A stretch of 64,000 bases of DNA from Carcharhinus amblyrhynchos (lineage: Eukaryota), in contig OZ336875.1 of the NCBI GenBank assembly GCA_965287045.1, forward strand, positions 85,560,001 to 85,624,000. The letters run 5' to 3'. Of the stretch, positions 51,720 through 64,000 are shown piece by piece. Both the position numbers and the translations under genes were made by a program. How positions within the stretch are numbered: the first letter of the stretch is position 1; each line of letters begins with the position of its first letter. The notes under the pieces are model-generated. The model saw only the letters and a list, made by a program, of their open reading frames with translations, had not been told where the DNA came from and did no database searches.

Positions 51720-51852
51720 CAAAAACAAGACTACTGTAGATATTGGAAATCTGAAATAAGAACAGGAAATGCTGTAAGCACTCAGCAGGTCTAGCTGGTA
51801 GGGAGAGAAACAGATTAAAATGTTTCAGGTTGATGACCTTTCACCAGAACTC
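51720..51852 (-). mobile_element. Terminus of a second Penelope-like family with a decayed hammerhead motif
   Basis: Reverse complement agttCTGGTGAaAGGTcatcaACCTGAAAcatt: core with one substitution and stem II AGGU/ACCU. Confidence 0.55.
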
Positions 51853-51859
51853 AATCCTT

Positions 51860-54000
51860 AACCAATATGTTTCCACGCCAGTTAGGAAAGAAGCAGCGCT
51901 AGATATAGTTGTGGGGAATTGAGTAGGTCAAGTGGATTGTGTCATAATAGGAAAATATCTGGATAAAATGTGCTCATAATATAATTTGGTTTAAATTAGT
52001 TACAGAAGGGAGCCAAAAACAACAATCAAAATATCCAACTGGAAGAGAGCAAACTTCAGGTGATATGAGAAGAGATATAGCAGTAAGTGGATTGGAAACA
52101 AAGATTGGCCAGAAAAATGAGCAATTGCAGGTCAAGGTGGAGATACTGCAGGTACAAGCCAAGCATATTCCCATGAGGAGGAAAGATGAGGCATTCAAAT
52201 TTGCAAGAAGGAATAGAGACTAAAGACAGAATAGTAGTTTAGGGGACAATAATTGAAGTAATTATTAAAATTTAGATACCCAAGATCAGAACCAGAGAAG
52301 TGCAAATATCTCAGAGGACTGTAAGGCTGATGGAGATTATTGTGATAGGGAGAATTGAGGCCAGAGAATTCAAAACAATGAGGAGAATTTGGAAATAAAG
52401 GTGCTGCTTAGAAGGGAGTCAGTGTAGGTCAACAAACAGAGGGGAATGGGTGCACAGGATTTGGTACAATTAAAACACAAGCAGAAGAGTTTTGGATGAC
52501 CAAAAGTTTATGGAGCAGAACATGCAACCCCAATAGGATTGTTCTGCATTAACAAGAGAGGAGTAGTAGAAACATAGATGAGGGTTTCAGCAGCAGATAA
52601 GCTGAGGCAGACGCAAAGTCTGGGAATGTTACAGAAATAAAAATAGGCAATATAAAAGGGAAACAAAAAATCTTTCCAAAACATATTAAAAGTAAAAAGA
52701 TAATTAAAGAATTGGCAGACCAAGTAGGGAGAAAATAGAAAATCATCTTGTGGAGACAGAAGGCACAGCTGAGGTCATAACAAGTACTTTGTTAAATAGG
52801 ATGAAGTTAATGTCATAGTAGACATGGAAGGAGTAAACATATTGGATAGTGCTAATTATGTTGGCTTCTTTCAAAGCTAACAAGTCACAGGTCCAGGTAG
52901 ATCAGGAAAGACTGAGTAGAAATAAAACTCTGACCATAATCTTGCAATTTGCCAAGGATATGGGAGTAACAGCAGAGGACTGGAGGATTGCAAGTGTTCC
53001 ATCTATGTTCAAAAGAGGCACGAATAAACCTGGTAGCTAGAGGTTAATTAGTCTAATACTAGTGGGGGAAAACTACCAAAGACAAAATTAAATCTCACTT
53101 GGAGATGAGTCAAAATGAGCCAGCACAAATTTGTTAAAGGGTTTTTAAAAATATATTTATTCTTTCACAAATTGTAGGCATCGCTGGCTCGACCAGCATT
53201 TGACACCCATCACTTATGATGATGGTGGTGAGCCACTTTCCTTGACTGTTATAGTCCATATGGTGCAGGCACACCTGCATTGCTGTTTTAAATTAATGAC
53301 CCAAGTTGTTTGATGAATGAACAGAAAGAGGGTTGTGAAGTTAGTGTGCAAGTCTGCAAATGGATTTACAAAAGGCATTTGGTAAATTACCACATGACAA
53401 GTTTATTCTAAATGTAGAAGCACATGGAATTGAAGGAATGGTAGTAACATGGGTATATGGCTGAGGATAGAAGACAGAGAGAATGCTTTCTGATTGGAGA
53501 GCAACATGCAGCAAGATGCCATGGGGTTAGTATTAGGACGATTCATTTTATTGTTGCATACAAATTACCTGGATTCAGATATGGAAAACAATTTTGAAAT
53601 TTGCAAATGATGCAAAACTTGGCAACATGGTAAACAGTGAACAATTTCATAACCAATTTCAGGAGATATAGACTGATTGGTGAAATGGGCAGAGACTTGA
53701 CAGATGTAATTTAATATGGATAATTGTGAAACGTTGAACTTGGAGGAACAACGTGGAGAGTAAGTATAATATAAATTGTAGCATTTAAAAGAGGAATCTT
53801 TGGCAGGGTAAGTTAATTAGGCAGTTTAAAGTGTTTTGATACTTGGATCTGTAAACTGGACAGCAAATACAAAAGCACGGAAGTCATGTTAAACATTTAG
53901 CAATTACTGGTTAGGTCTCCACTGGAGTGTTGTGCACAATTCTGGGCACTGCACTTAGAAAGAATGTCAAGGCAATGGAATGGTACAGAGGAAGATTACC
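51860..54000 (+). mobile_element. Old CR1 ORF2 remnant with nested L2-type fragments
   Basis: EDWRIASV, MDLQKAFGKL, KFANDAKL and LECCAQFWAL motifs. Confidence 0.75.
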
Positions 54001-55424
54001 AATAATGGGGATTTATGTGGAGAAAGTGGAAACTTGAATTACTGTCCTCCTCAGAGTAATCTGGGGCAGAATTTTCTCCTCATATTGAGAATCCTGATAG
54101 TGCTACCAGAAGTGCATGGCACTCTCAGTCCCAGATGGAGTGACCGGCCATCTGCAATAACATGGCTGGCAGCCAGAGATGCAGAGGTGAAGACCCTGGC
54201 CAATCATACAGTAGATAGTTGGCAGCCCTGCTGTTACCTCAAAGGATAGAATATCTGGGTGCCAAATTTAAACAGTACCTGGACAGGTATCCATTCCTTC
54301 CCATGCTGCAACACCCTATATCCCTGGAACTAGAAGTCACCATCCGACATCCTCCCTGAATCACTTTGACCTTTAATCCATCATCCTTTATCCTGCCAAG
54401 AGGCCAAATTAGATTAGTTGAGATCTTGGGAAGAAATTAGAGCTGGGAGAGATCAAGCTAGGGATGGTCAAGGCCATGGAATGATTTGAAAACAAGGATT
54501 CAAATTTTAAAACAGCCATTGGAGGACCAGGTGTCAATATAGATCAGTGAGCACAGAAATAAAAGAAACAAGCAGCAGACAACATCAAATTTATGGAGGG
54601 TGGATGGTGGAAGGTTTGTCAGGAGAGCACTGAAATGTTCAAGTCAAGAAGTAAAAATTGCATGGAAAATGATTGTAGTAACAGATAGGCTGAAGAGTGG
54701 ATTCAGGGTTTCCCATCAATTTCCCACTCTCTTTTCAATCCATTTCTCAAAAACTACCAAATCGACTTTGATGAGGAAATGCCAACTCAGACTAACGTGT
54801 TCAAAAGGCATTTGATGGAAGTGCCACACAAAAGGCTATCAGTGTCTAGAAATTCAGTGCATATCTTGAAATTGGTGATGTAACAACTCAAGAAGCCCAA
54901 CTGGGAAGGAATGGTGTTTATCGTTAAACACAAAGTTAGACCACTGCTCCATGGAATACATTCATAAGTTCCAGCCGGTACACAGTTCCACAGATTCTAC
55001 CCAGTGCTTCCTTAAAAAGGATGTAGGTGATGAGTTCCAGCAAGGCAGGCAATTGCCAGTAACCTAGCTCTACATGGAGATCAATGAGTGATTCCCCACG
55101 GAATTTACAGGGGTTATCACAGGTGGGAAAACAGTATCTTCACAAATAGATTTTTTTTTAAGATCTGGAGGGACATTATTTGGACACAACTTTTTTGGGG
55201 GGAGGGGGTGGGTAGCTGTTTGTTTGTTTGAACTGCAACTACTCAGAGAAAAGATTATTTACAGAAAATCCCCTAAGAGCAGAGATTTTAAAATTTCAAC
55301 CTGCTGTTTTTGAACTGAGATTTGGGGAACGGGCTTTACGAACTGTCTCTCCATCTTGCCTGAAATTCCTTGTGATACTCAACCCGCAGCCAGAAAATCC
55401 TCACCCAAGTATAATTTGACTGCA

Positions 55425-55897
55425 GTTGGAGATTTTGCAAGCCCAGGCAAGTCGTGCGGGTTACAGGTAGTGTGACATGAACCCAAGATCCCAGTTGAGG
55501 CCATCCTCATGTGTGCATAAATTGGCCATCAGTCTCTGCTCAACGACTCTATGTTGTCACACAGTTCATGTCTTGGGTTAATATCACACTATCTGTAACC
55601 CCCCAACAACTTGCGTGGGCTTGCAAAATCTCACTAACTGTCCAGTCTGGAGACAATACACATCTCTTTAACCTGTGCTTAACGCTCTCTCCACTTACAT
55701 TGTCTGTACCTTTAAGACTTGAATACCTATAAAGAATCGCAGTCCAGCCATTATTTTGTAAATTGAGTTTGTGTCTTTATATGCAGTTTGTGAACAGAAC
55801 TCCCACTTACCTGACAAAGGAGCAGCGCTCCGAAAGCTAGTGGCTTTTGCTACCAAATAAGCTGTTGGACTTTAAACTGGTGTTGTGAGACTTCTTG
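55425..55897. mobile_element. Penelope-like pLTR pair in inverted arrangement (minus to ~55560, plus from ~55568)
   Basis: Both halves are homologous to the 31893-32245 pLTR. Hammerhead motif at 55806-55843. Confidence 0.85.
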
Positions 55898-58087
55898 CAG
55901 CATTAAAATTTTAAGCCAATGATGCAACCTGCAGAGTAGTAGGGCTTGATAAACTGCACATTCCTCCCAGCCTGATCATAACAAAATGACTAACAAATGT
56001 GCTGATAGGCATTAAACAGGTACTTACAAGGCATTATAAGTCGGGGTGCAGAAAATTGAATGACTTGGGTAGAACAATGAAGGATAAAATGGAAAGGAAA
56101 AACAGATGGCATATAAACTCCATGAATCAAAAGCGATGAAAAAGAACCTGTATTAGCTAAATCCATGGATGAAGCTGAAAAAGATTGAGTCTTAGCAAAA
56201 GCAACAGACAAAGCCAATAGAATGCTTTACGACATGACCAAAATAATAGAACACAAGTTAGAATAAATCAGGATCAAAATTCAAAATGTTCTGAGCAGAC
56301 TGCGCTAGGTACTGGCTAATGATGGTCAGTGAAGTACAAGGAACATTCAAGCACTGAACCAAGAAAAGAGCTGGGGTTGATCACAGTGTCAAAGATGTAT
56401 GTTGTGAGGAAACACTGCACCTAAGCCAAGATTTAGGGCATTTGCAAGTTACTAAGACATATGATAGTTAGTGGAATTGAAGAGGCATCCAGAATCAACC
56501 TTCAACTTAAATTGAAACAGTAAATTTCCAATGGATAAATTAAGGGTAATGAATTACATCATTATGTTATCTCTTCCTCACTAGATTCTTGTGCAGGCCG
56601 AAACCAACAATGCATAGCCTGTATCCCATATCCTTCCTTTCTTCAAAACCAAATTTACTTACTAACACTGCCACAGTACTGCCCATCTCTGATCCCGTCT
56701 CACTGTATTGTCAATGTGAACACGACAGCTGTGAAGGCACTTAACTTTTCCCCCAGTGTTGCCCTTGCCTCACTGCAATTTCCAGCCGTCCTGGAGCTTT
56801 TAACCTCATTAACATATTTAAAATGCCAACCCATCTTCTAGGGACAGGGTGCTGACACCTCTGGTTCTGTCCAATTAAAACCCAGCAGCTATTTTGTTGA
56901 CACACTTTTGATACTTGCTCATTCTGAATCTCTCCCCCCACCCAACCAGCCACCCTCAACTAATCCACCTCACTCACCCATGTTAAAACTCCACCCAGTG
57001 AGTCCATAGTCTTAATTGCCGATTGCAGGGTATTGCAAGGTGGAGGCTGAACACATCTGGACATGAAGAGCAAGTGGGTTGTAAATCAGTGCACTATATT
57101 CCTGAATTTTACTGCACTAGCAGCTGACGACAGCATGACACTGACACAAGCTCTTGGATTAAGAAATCAAGGCACAAAACCATGTAGATTTTGCTACCAC
57201 ATCTAGCATTTGAGGTGATAAACATTGTTGCTTCAAGGGGAAGCTAGATAAGAACATAAAGGAAGAAAGAAATAGCAAGACACGCTGATAAGGCGAGGTG
57301 ACGTAGGATGGGAGGAGGATTGTGGGGAGCATAAACACCAGCAGCAACATGTGGGCCCGAATGGATTTGTAGCACAGAAACAGCTCAATGTAAAACAAAG
57401 TTCAATGTAAATAAAAGCCTTGCCCTTACCACTGAAATCCAAGCTTGGCTCTGTCTTCACTGGTCGCTCCTGCTCACCAATTACACCTGCCCTCACTGAC
57501 CTACTAGGCACTCCATTTACAAATCCTTCCGTGGCAGAACCCATCTATTTCCACAATCTCCTTGAATCAAATGTTTCATGTGTACTTCACAATATTCCAA
57601 AGGATATCCTCCTTTATTCTTTCTTCATTGGAAAGATCTTCACCAATGCAATAACCAACTTCTCTTGAACCTTCTAAATTCTCTGCCTCGTGGCTCCTTT
57701 CTTTAGTTTCAAAGCCTCCACAGGTCCACTTTGGACTTCAACATATTTAGATTTTGGGGGGAGGGGGGGGGGGGGTGGAAATTACAATTTTGGTTTAATT
57801 TAGCACAAGTGTTGGACAAGGTTCAAATGGTTGCTGCTTAGGAATATTGGTCTTCAAACGTCAAACATAGAAACGGGTACTGCAAAACATTTCAAGACCG
57901 GATTAAGCATATCAAAAATAGCATTATGTATGTATTTAATGCTTCAATAAGCATATAGTACAGAATTATCAGTCACTTCACACATCTCAAAACAAAAAGA
58001 AAACGCATCTAACCACTAAAATGTTGCAAGCTTGTTATGATTTATAAACATTAATTTTGCAATGTTTAGATTAATTTTCTAATTTCT

Positions 58088-61000
58088 TGTTGCTATGCCC
58101 CCATCGGATCGTGCGAGGAAATAGATGTGTTAATAAACTGGTCCAGTTACTTTATGACCACTGACCCTGTGGTTTATTGTTAGTCCTAACAGCAGACCAC
58201 ATAATTAACAAAGGATACTGGGGTGCAGTCACGCCCCACAGACTGCAATTCATCACTGATAATCAGGAGTGGGAGTAAGATTGATGTTGTTGCCCTGGAC
58301 TTTGAAAATGGCAAGAATCACAGAGGTACTTGGGCACACTTGAAGGAATAGGCCTAAGCATCGAGATGAGAGGACAACATTCAACACCAGAGGTACTCAC
58401 TGGGATGGCTGAAGACAGTGATCACAGGGTATTTGGGCTACAGTTGGAGGCTAGGTATAGGAGAGGGATCTCTCCACCAGGAGCACCAAGCCCATTGGGT
58501 GGGAAGCAGTTGTGAGGGGAACTCGGATGGCAACTGAAGGGAAGAGTAGGGGAACATAGATGGCGAAGGAGGGGCAGCGGCAAGAAGCATGTGATGAGCA
58601 ATGGGCGTGCAAAGCAGCTACAGAACTCAAAGGCAGGAGAAACTCCCAAAGGAACTTGGAAATAGCAGGTCAATTCGGGACGATGGGACCTTGCAACGAA
58701 GATATGGAGAGCCGGAAACTATACATTAAGCATTTTAACTCTTACTTTCAAGGCAAATGAGGTAGATGAACTAACAGCAACAGTTTTCTTAAGTACTATC
58801 ACGAGTAAAAAAGATTGTGATACTAAGATGCTTCATTACAACCAGAGAAACCAACAGAGCTATGTGAAGCACTCAAAAGTCATTATGCCCCAAAGCAACT
58901 TACAATAGCAGAATAGTTCCGTTTTTATAAGACAACGTGATTGGAAGGTGAATCTATTGTGCAATTTGAGGCAGTGTTGAAGAGACGAGCTGAGCACTGC
59001 AAGTTTGGCCCTTTTCTACAGGATGCCTTGAGGAATTGTTTGGTGTGTGGGCTTCTCAATGAAGCTATACTACAGAAACTGCTGACAAAAAAAAAGTCAC
59101 AACCTTAAAGTGGCTTTTGAGATAGCTACTTTGATGGAAACAGTTGCAAACGAAGCAGAGTTGGGTGTCAATGCCTGAGAACGCACATTAGCCAGTGAGC
59201 AACAGAACATGGTGTCAACCATAGAACGCTGCCACACTGTGGCAAGTCTGGCCACAAAGTGCTCACATGCTGCATTCGCAAAACCTAATGCCGCCAATGT
59301 AAACAGGAGGGGCATATTTCCTAGAATTGTAAGGTGCAATTAAAAGAGGAATAGGAGAGACGGAGAGAGACAAATCTTAAGAATAGGCACAAGATACATG
59401 CCACCAGCCGAGGAGATGACAGAGTTCACCAGACTCTGGTCTTGTGAACTAGAAGAGGAAGAGCCTAAATCAGCAGAATTTCAGTTGAATTTTTTAGTAG
59501 CTGGAGAAGCAGCCGATAGATTCTGGGTCCTTCCAAAAGTAGAAGGGAAAGTAATCAAAATGGAAGTGGATACGGGGGCAACGGTATCACTGATCCCGGA
59601 CTCAGTATATAGAGGTAAGTTGAAGCCTTCAAAGATCACCTTCCATATCAATATGGAGTAAGTGGTGCCGTGGTGAGGATGTGTAATGGTGAAGGTGTGA
59701 CCAAGGGACCAGTGTGCAGAGCAGTTATTGTATGTGGTCAAGGGTGGCTACTATGCCCTATTTGGTCATTCTTGGCTGCAGAAATTAAAATTAAACTGCA
59801 ATGTGATTAACAGGCAAGTGGATTCAAAGACAAAGTTACAAGATGCCCTAAAGCAATACAAGGACGTCTACAAAGGGACCCTGGATGAGATGAAGATTCA
59901 GCTTCTGTCAGAAGCTCATCCAAGGAGCCTGCAAGCACAGTGCTATACCTGATTAGGCCGAAGGTAGAGACCAATTGAGAACATCTGTTGAGCCCAGGGC
60001 ACTGGAAGTATTCCCAACGAATGGGCCACCCCAATAGTGCCAGTTTTGAAGACTGACAACATGGTGAGAATGTGTGGTGATTTCAAGATAACCCTTAAAC
60101 TCAGCAGTGTATGCAGGCCAGTACTCACTTCCTCTGAATGAGGACTTACTTAGTGGATTGGCAGGAGGGAAAAAAAATGTTCAAAAATGGGCTTATCTCA
60201 AGCCTATCTTAAACAGGGAGTTGCAGAAGAGTCCCAACTGCATCTGACAATCATAACCCATCAGGGGCTTTTCCCCATTATAAGTGTCTTGCTTTTGGTA
60301 TTTTGGTCAGCACTTGCCCCTTTCCGAAGGGCAATCAACCAATTCTAAGTAGCTACCTGGGGTCCAGTATTACCTGGACAACATTCTGGTGACGGGCTCC
60401 ACCAAAAGGCCAATCTTGAAGAGACCCTCCAAGTTGCAGGAAGACGACCTGCAGGTAAAGAAAAAGAAATGCGAAATTTTTAAAACTTCAATTGAATACC
60501 TGGGCCAAGATAATGAGGAACTACACAAAGTCGCTGAGAAAATGGGGGTCATCATGAAAGCTCCCAGACCAGAGAGTGTATCGAAGTTATGACCATTTTT
60601 GGGATTGATAAATTATGGCAAATTTGTGCCAGACCTGGCCCCACTTCCGAAACCTTTATGCTGTCTGCTGGGTAAAGGCCGGCCGTGGAGATGGACCCAG
60701 GGACATGAAGAGATTTACCAAGAGGTAAGACATGTCTTTTGAAGGTCAGAAGTGTTGGTACATTTTGATCTGAAGTTGCCATTGCAATTAACTTGCAATG
60801 CTTCGCCTTATGGGGTTGGTGCTCTAATGTCACACACTGTTCTTGGCCTTTGAGTTAAGGTCATTGACAAAAACATTATGTCCAGGTCGAGAAGGAAGGA
60901 TTAAGTATCATATCTGGGTGAAGAAATTCTCTTATTTCTATACAGCTGTTAACCAATCACAGGCTCCTGACCACCATCTTTGGGTTATATACAAGAATGC

Positions 61001-62568
61001 CATCTATCGGTTACAACAACGGGCACTACTTTTGGCAGCATACTCCTATGACATATGGTACAGACAGTCTGAACAGCATGGTAACGCTGATATACTTTCA
61101 AGGATGCCTCTCCCTCGAGGACCAAATGTTTCAGATTGGCATTTGAAAATTGTGAATTTTCACTCATATGATAATAAGTGCATCAGCGATCCAGGTTCCA
61201 AAACGCCGCAAGAAGTGACCCAGTCTAAGTAATGGATTTAATCTTATGGGGGAAGGTTATTCACTGGAATCAGTCTCAGTTTGAGTCCTCTTTACCTATT
61301 AAGGAGGTGGGAGTTGTCTGTAACAAACGGATCTCTTTTGTGGGGCGTGACAGTGGTCATTCCTCATTCCATAGAGAGGTGCTACAATAAGTGCACCAAG
61401 GGCACTCAGGTGTGGTGCAAAAGAGAATGCCAGGAGCTATTTTTGGTGGTCAGGCATCGACTCCAAGATCGCAAAGGAGGCAGGTGCTTGTGAATCCGGT
61501 GTACTGTGGAAAGTACTGCCATTGTTATCCCTCCACCCACGGGAATGGTCTGAGGCTCCTTGACAAAGGATCCATGTAGGCTTTGTAGGTCTGCTGGAAC
61601 GGAAAATATTTTTGGTGGTGATCAATGCCCTTTCAAAATGGCCAGAAGTAGCAATTATGAAGTTGGTGTCCACAAAGGCGACTATGGAGCAACCCGAGAA
61701 GTTGTTTGCTCATTTTGGAAGTCCTGATCAAACAGTGAGCGACAACAGGCCACAATTTGTGGCAAAGGAATTTATGGACTACCTTGACCAGCATGGAGTT
61801 CAGCAGGTTAAGTTGGTCCAATAATCATCCTGCAACAAATGTCCAGGCCAGAAAGTTTGGTCGGACCTTAAAATAGGCACTGATGGTGTGTAAATCGATT
61901 TTTATGCGCATATTGCAACAATCTCATGTAATGACCCAGGTTTCCCCTGTGTCATTGATGTTTGGCCACAGATTGAGGACCACTTTTGACCTGATGCAGC
62001 CAGAGGAGACACGAGAAGTGGTAACAAGAAACTAAGAAAGGCAGATGACCCAAAGAGACAGAAAAACGAGGAAGTTCAGGAAGGCAGAAACTGTTGACAA
62101 GGAACTACATGACGGGGGAGAAATGGGTTCCTGCAACAGTGCTGACCCAGATAGGACCAGTGTCATATACTGTTCAGATCCAGGAGAAAGCACACAGATC
62201 AGCTGGTGGCTGATCCTCACGTTAGACTGATTATGTCCATGTAGACTTTTAATGTCATTGATATTTCCATTCAAGTTGATGCTCAAGTTATTCTATATAA
62301 CTGAAGTGTATTTATACAACTGTATTAATAATAATGTGTGTTTATGGGAGCATTTTAAGTAAGAAGGAAGGAGTGTTATGTATGTTGGGGGCATGCTCCT
62401 TTAAGAGAGCAGGTCAGATGACCTGGGAGTCATGTGCCACCCTGGGTGGAGCTCACCTGGACTGTCTTATGCTGGCTGTGAAATAGAAACATTAATAAAC
62501 TGTTCCAGTTACGTTACTACCACTGACTGTCATTTATTATTAGTCTTGATAGCAGGCCACAGACAACA
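58088..62568 (+). mobile_element. Decayed Ty3/Gypsy LTR retrotransposon (gag-pro-RT-RNaseH-integrase)
   Basis: Two CCHC knuckle remnants (59228-59338), MEVDTGATVSLI, WATPIVPV..VRMCGDFK, YLDNILV, CNASPYGVGA, HGNADILSRMP, HQGHSGV, SKWPEV and VSDNRPQF in Gypsy order. PBS-like tggcgaagga at 58561 and polypurine tract 62361-62373. Confidence 0.93.
62374..62568 (+). repeat. 3' LTR of the Gypsy element (TG...CA); its 3' half matches 58118-58210
   Basis: Starts tgttatg directly after the polypurine tract, contains aataaa and ends acaaca. The segment gaaatag...ttaataaactg.tccagttac...accactgac...tttatt.ttagtc is shared with the 5' LTR remnant. Confidence 0.85.
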
Positions 62569-63689
62569 TATAGCATGCCTCCTTTGATATAAAGACTAAC
62601 ATTAAAATAAAATGCCTTAAATTCACTACCAGCTGACTAGCAGTTCTCTTTTAATTTGATTACTCAGCGCAATCATGTTCAACATTCCCAAAAACTGCAA
62701 CAGAAATTCATAAGCATCTCTGGCTATTTCTTTATCATTCGCTATTTAGTTAAAAGAAGAGTTGCTTGCTTACTTGAAAAAATCTGAATGGTGCATCTCC
62801 AATAGAAGATCTTTTTCAGTTTATAGCAAAGGTGTCACATAACATTTATACAATAGCGACAATTTCAAATTTTAGTGCAAATAAATGTCTAAAAATAACT
62901 ATTGAGAAAAATCCATTTTTAAAATGCACTGATAGATGTGCATTTATCCATACTTTCAATTTAAGCCACTAACATTGATGGGAATGTCAACCGATATGCG
63001 CTTACGTGTTATAAATCTTACATATGTATGCACATCCAGTCAACAAACCCTAGTTCCTGGGAACAGCACAAATTTTCTTCAATATTAAAACTACCTAACT
63101 GAACTTTTAAAGAAGAACCTGCAAGTAAACGAGGTTCCAGTTGCTGCAGCTGAAAGACACAACAGTTCCTCATATTTTTTTTTTTAACTACTATGCTGCA
63201 TTTTTCATTCTGTTCTAAATGGCAACTATACATCAGTTTTGAATTAATTGATTCAAATTTCATCTTGCCACTTATTTTAAATCTATGAATCTATTTATTT
63301 TGTTTCCTTTATGTTCTCCCTGTAACACAAAGATTGCTCGCCAACACTAGCTATTCCAAACATCATAGACTGCTCTACAACCTCATCTGTCTCTCATGTC
63401 CATTTTTTAACCACCCATTTTAAGTATCGATTTTTGAGGCTTTTTTCTATTTTGACCTTTACCTCTCCTGCCGTGTCAGAGTTGGAGCAGACTCAATGGG
63501 CCAAATGGCCTCCTCGTGTAGGTATTCAATGATTCTGTGATACCTTGCTTTCCTACCTTCTGGAAGGTTGCTAGTACTGCTTTTTTTCTTCACCTATAGC
63601 AGCTCTCCAGGTTGCTCTTCATCATTTAAAATTCTTTGTACCCTCACATTTATCTTTGTGTTGGCATTATTCCTTCTTTTGGAGACATA

Positions 63690-64000
63690 TATGAACATAT
63701 GAAATAAATGCAGAACTAGAACATTCAACCCCTCAAGCCTACTCTGCCATTCAATAAGATCATAGCTGGTCTGTGTTGAGTTCCACGTCCCCAACAACCA
63801 CCAATAACCTTAGATTCTTATTGGGCAAGAGAATCAATCTCAAAAATATTCAATGACCCCACTTCACCATCTTCTGAGGCAGACAGTTACAAAGTCACAT
63901 AAGGGACAGAGGCAAAAAAAATCTCATTTCTGCCCTGTTTTTATTTAAAACAGTGCCCCCTAGTTCCGGATTCACCCTGGAAGAGATGGGATCTTCAGAA
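63690..64000 (-). mobile_element. CR1 3' end
   Basis: atgaacatatgaa tail and ctgccattcaataagatcatagctg as in 49175-49460. Confidence 0.75.

Noticed and set aside
63095-63150. Possible extra PHF21B exon (tctttcAG|CTGCAGCAACTGGAA...; LQQLEPRLLAG)
   Set aside because: No similarity to PHF21A/B that I recognise, weak donor, and a length that would not keep phase 0. Needs RNA evidence.
14078-64000. Upstream PHF21B exon (NGDLKKQLHE...-like)
   Set aside because: Not found by eye on the minus strand. It is probably outside the window, though a short exon could have been missed.

Overview
Eukaryotic (vertebrate) genomic DNA, most likely a shark or other elasmobranch. That assignment is inferred from repeats that resemble, from memory, HE1 V-SINE, SacSINE1-like Deu-SINE and HER1/CR1 LINEs. 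The window lies inside a PHF21B orthologue on the minus strand: two phase-0 coding exons with canonical AG/GT ends (13985-14077, then 1713-2054) and at least 50 kb of upstream intron in which I could not find the preceding exon. The rest is mostly nested transposon remnants: CR1, L2/Crack-like, RTE and Rex1 LINEs, SINEs, a Harbinger transposon carrying a ~1 kb purine-only minisatellite, a decayed Gypsy LTR element and four Neptune-type Penelope insertions. Best leads: (1) a 1.3 kb CR1 LINE whose 3' end is a promoter-dead V-SINE, the whole unit inside one 9-bp target-site duplication (TSD), i.e. a LINE that appears to have taken its tail from a SINE; (2) minimal hammerhead ribozymes in the Penelope pseudo-LTRs (pLTRs), one with an intact core in the sense of the host pre-mRNA; (3) a repeated 'tailed copy + inverted tail-less copy' Penelope layout with a shared 5' boundary; (4) a 110-bp inverted repeat covering a cryptic splice donor. 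Family names come from motif recognition, not database searches, and boundaries of old repeats are approximate.
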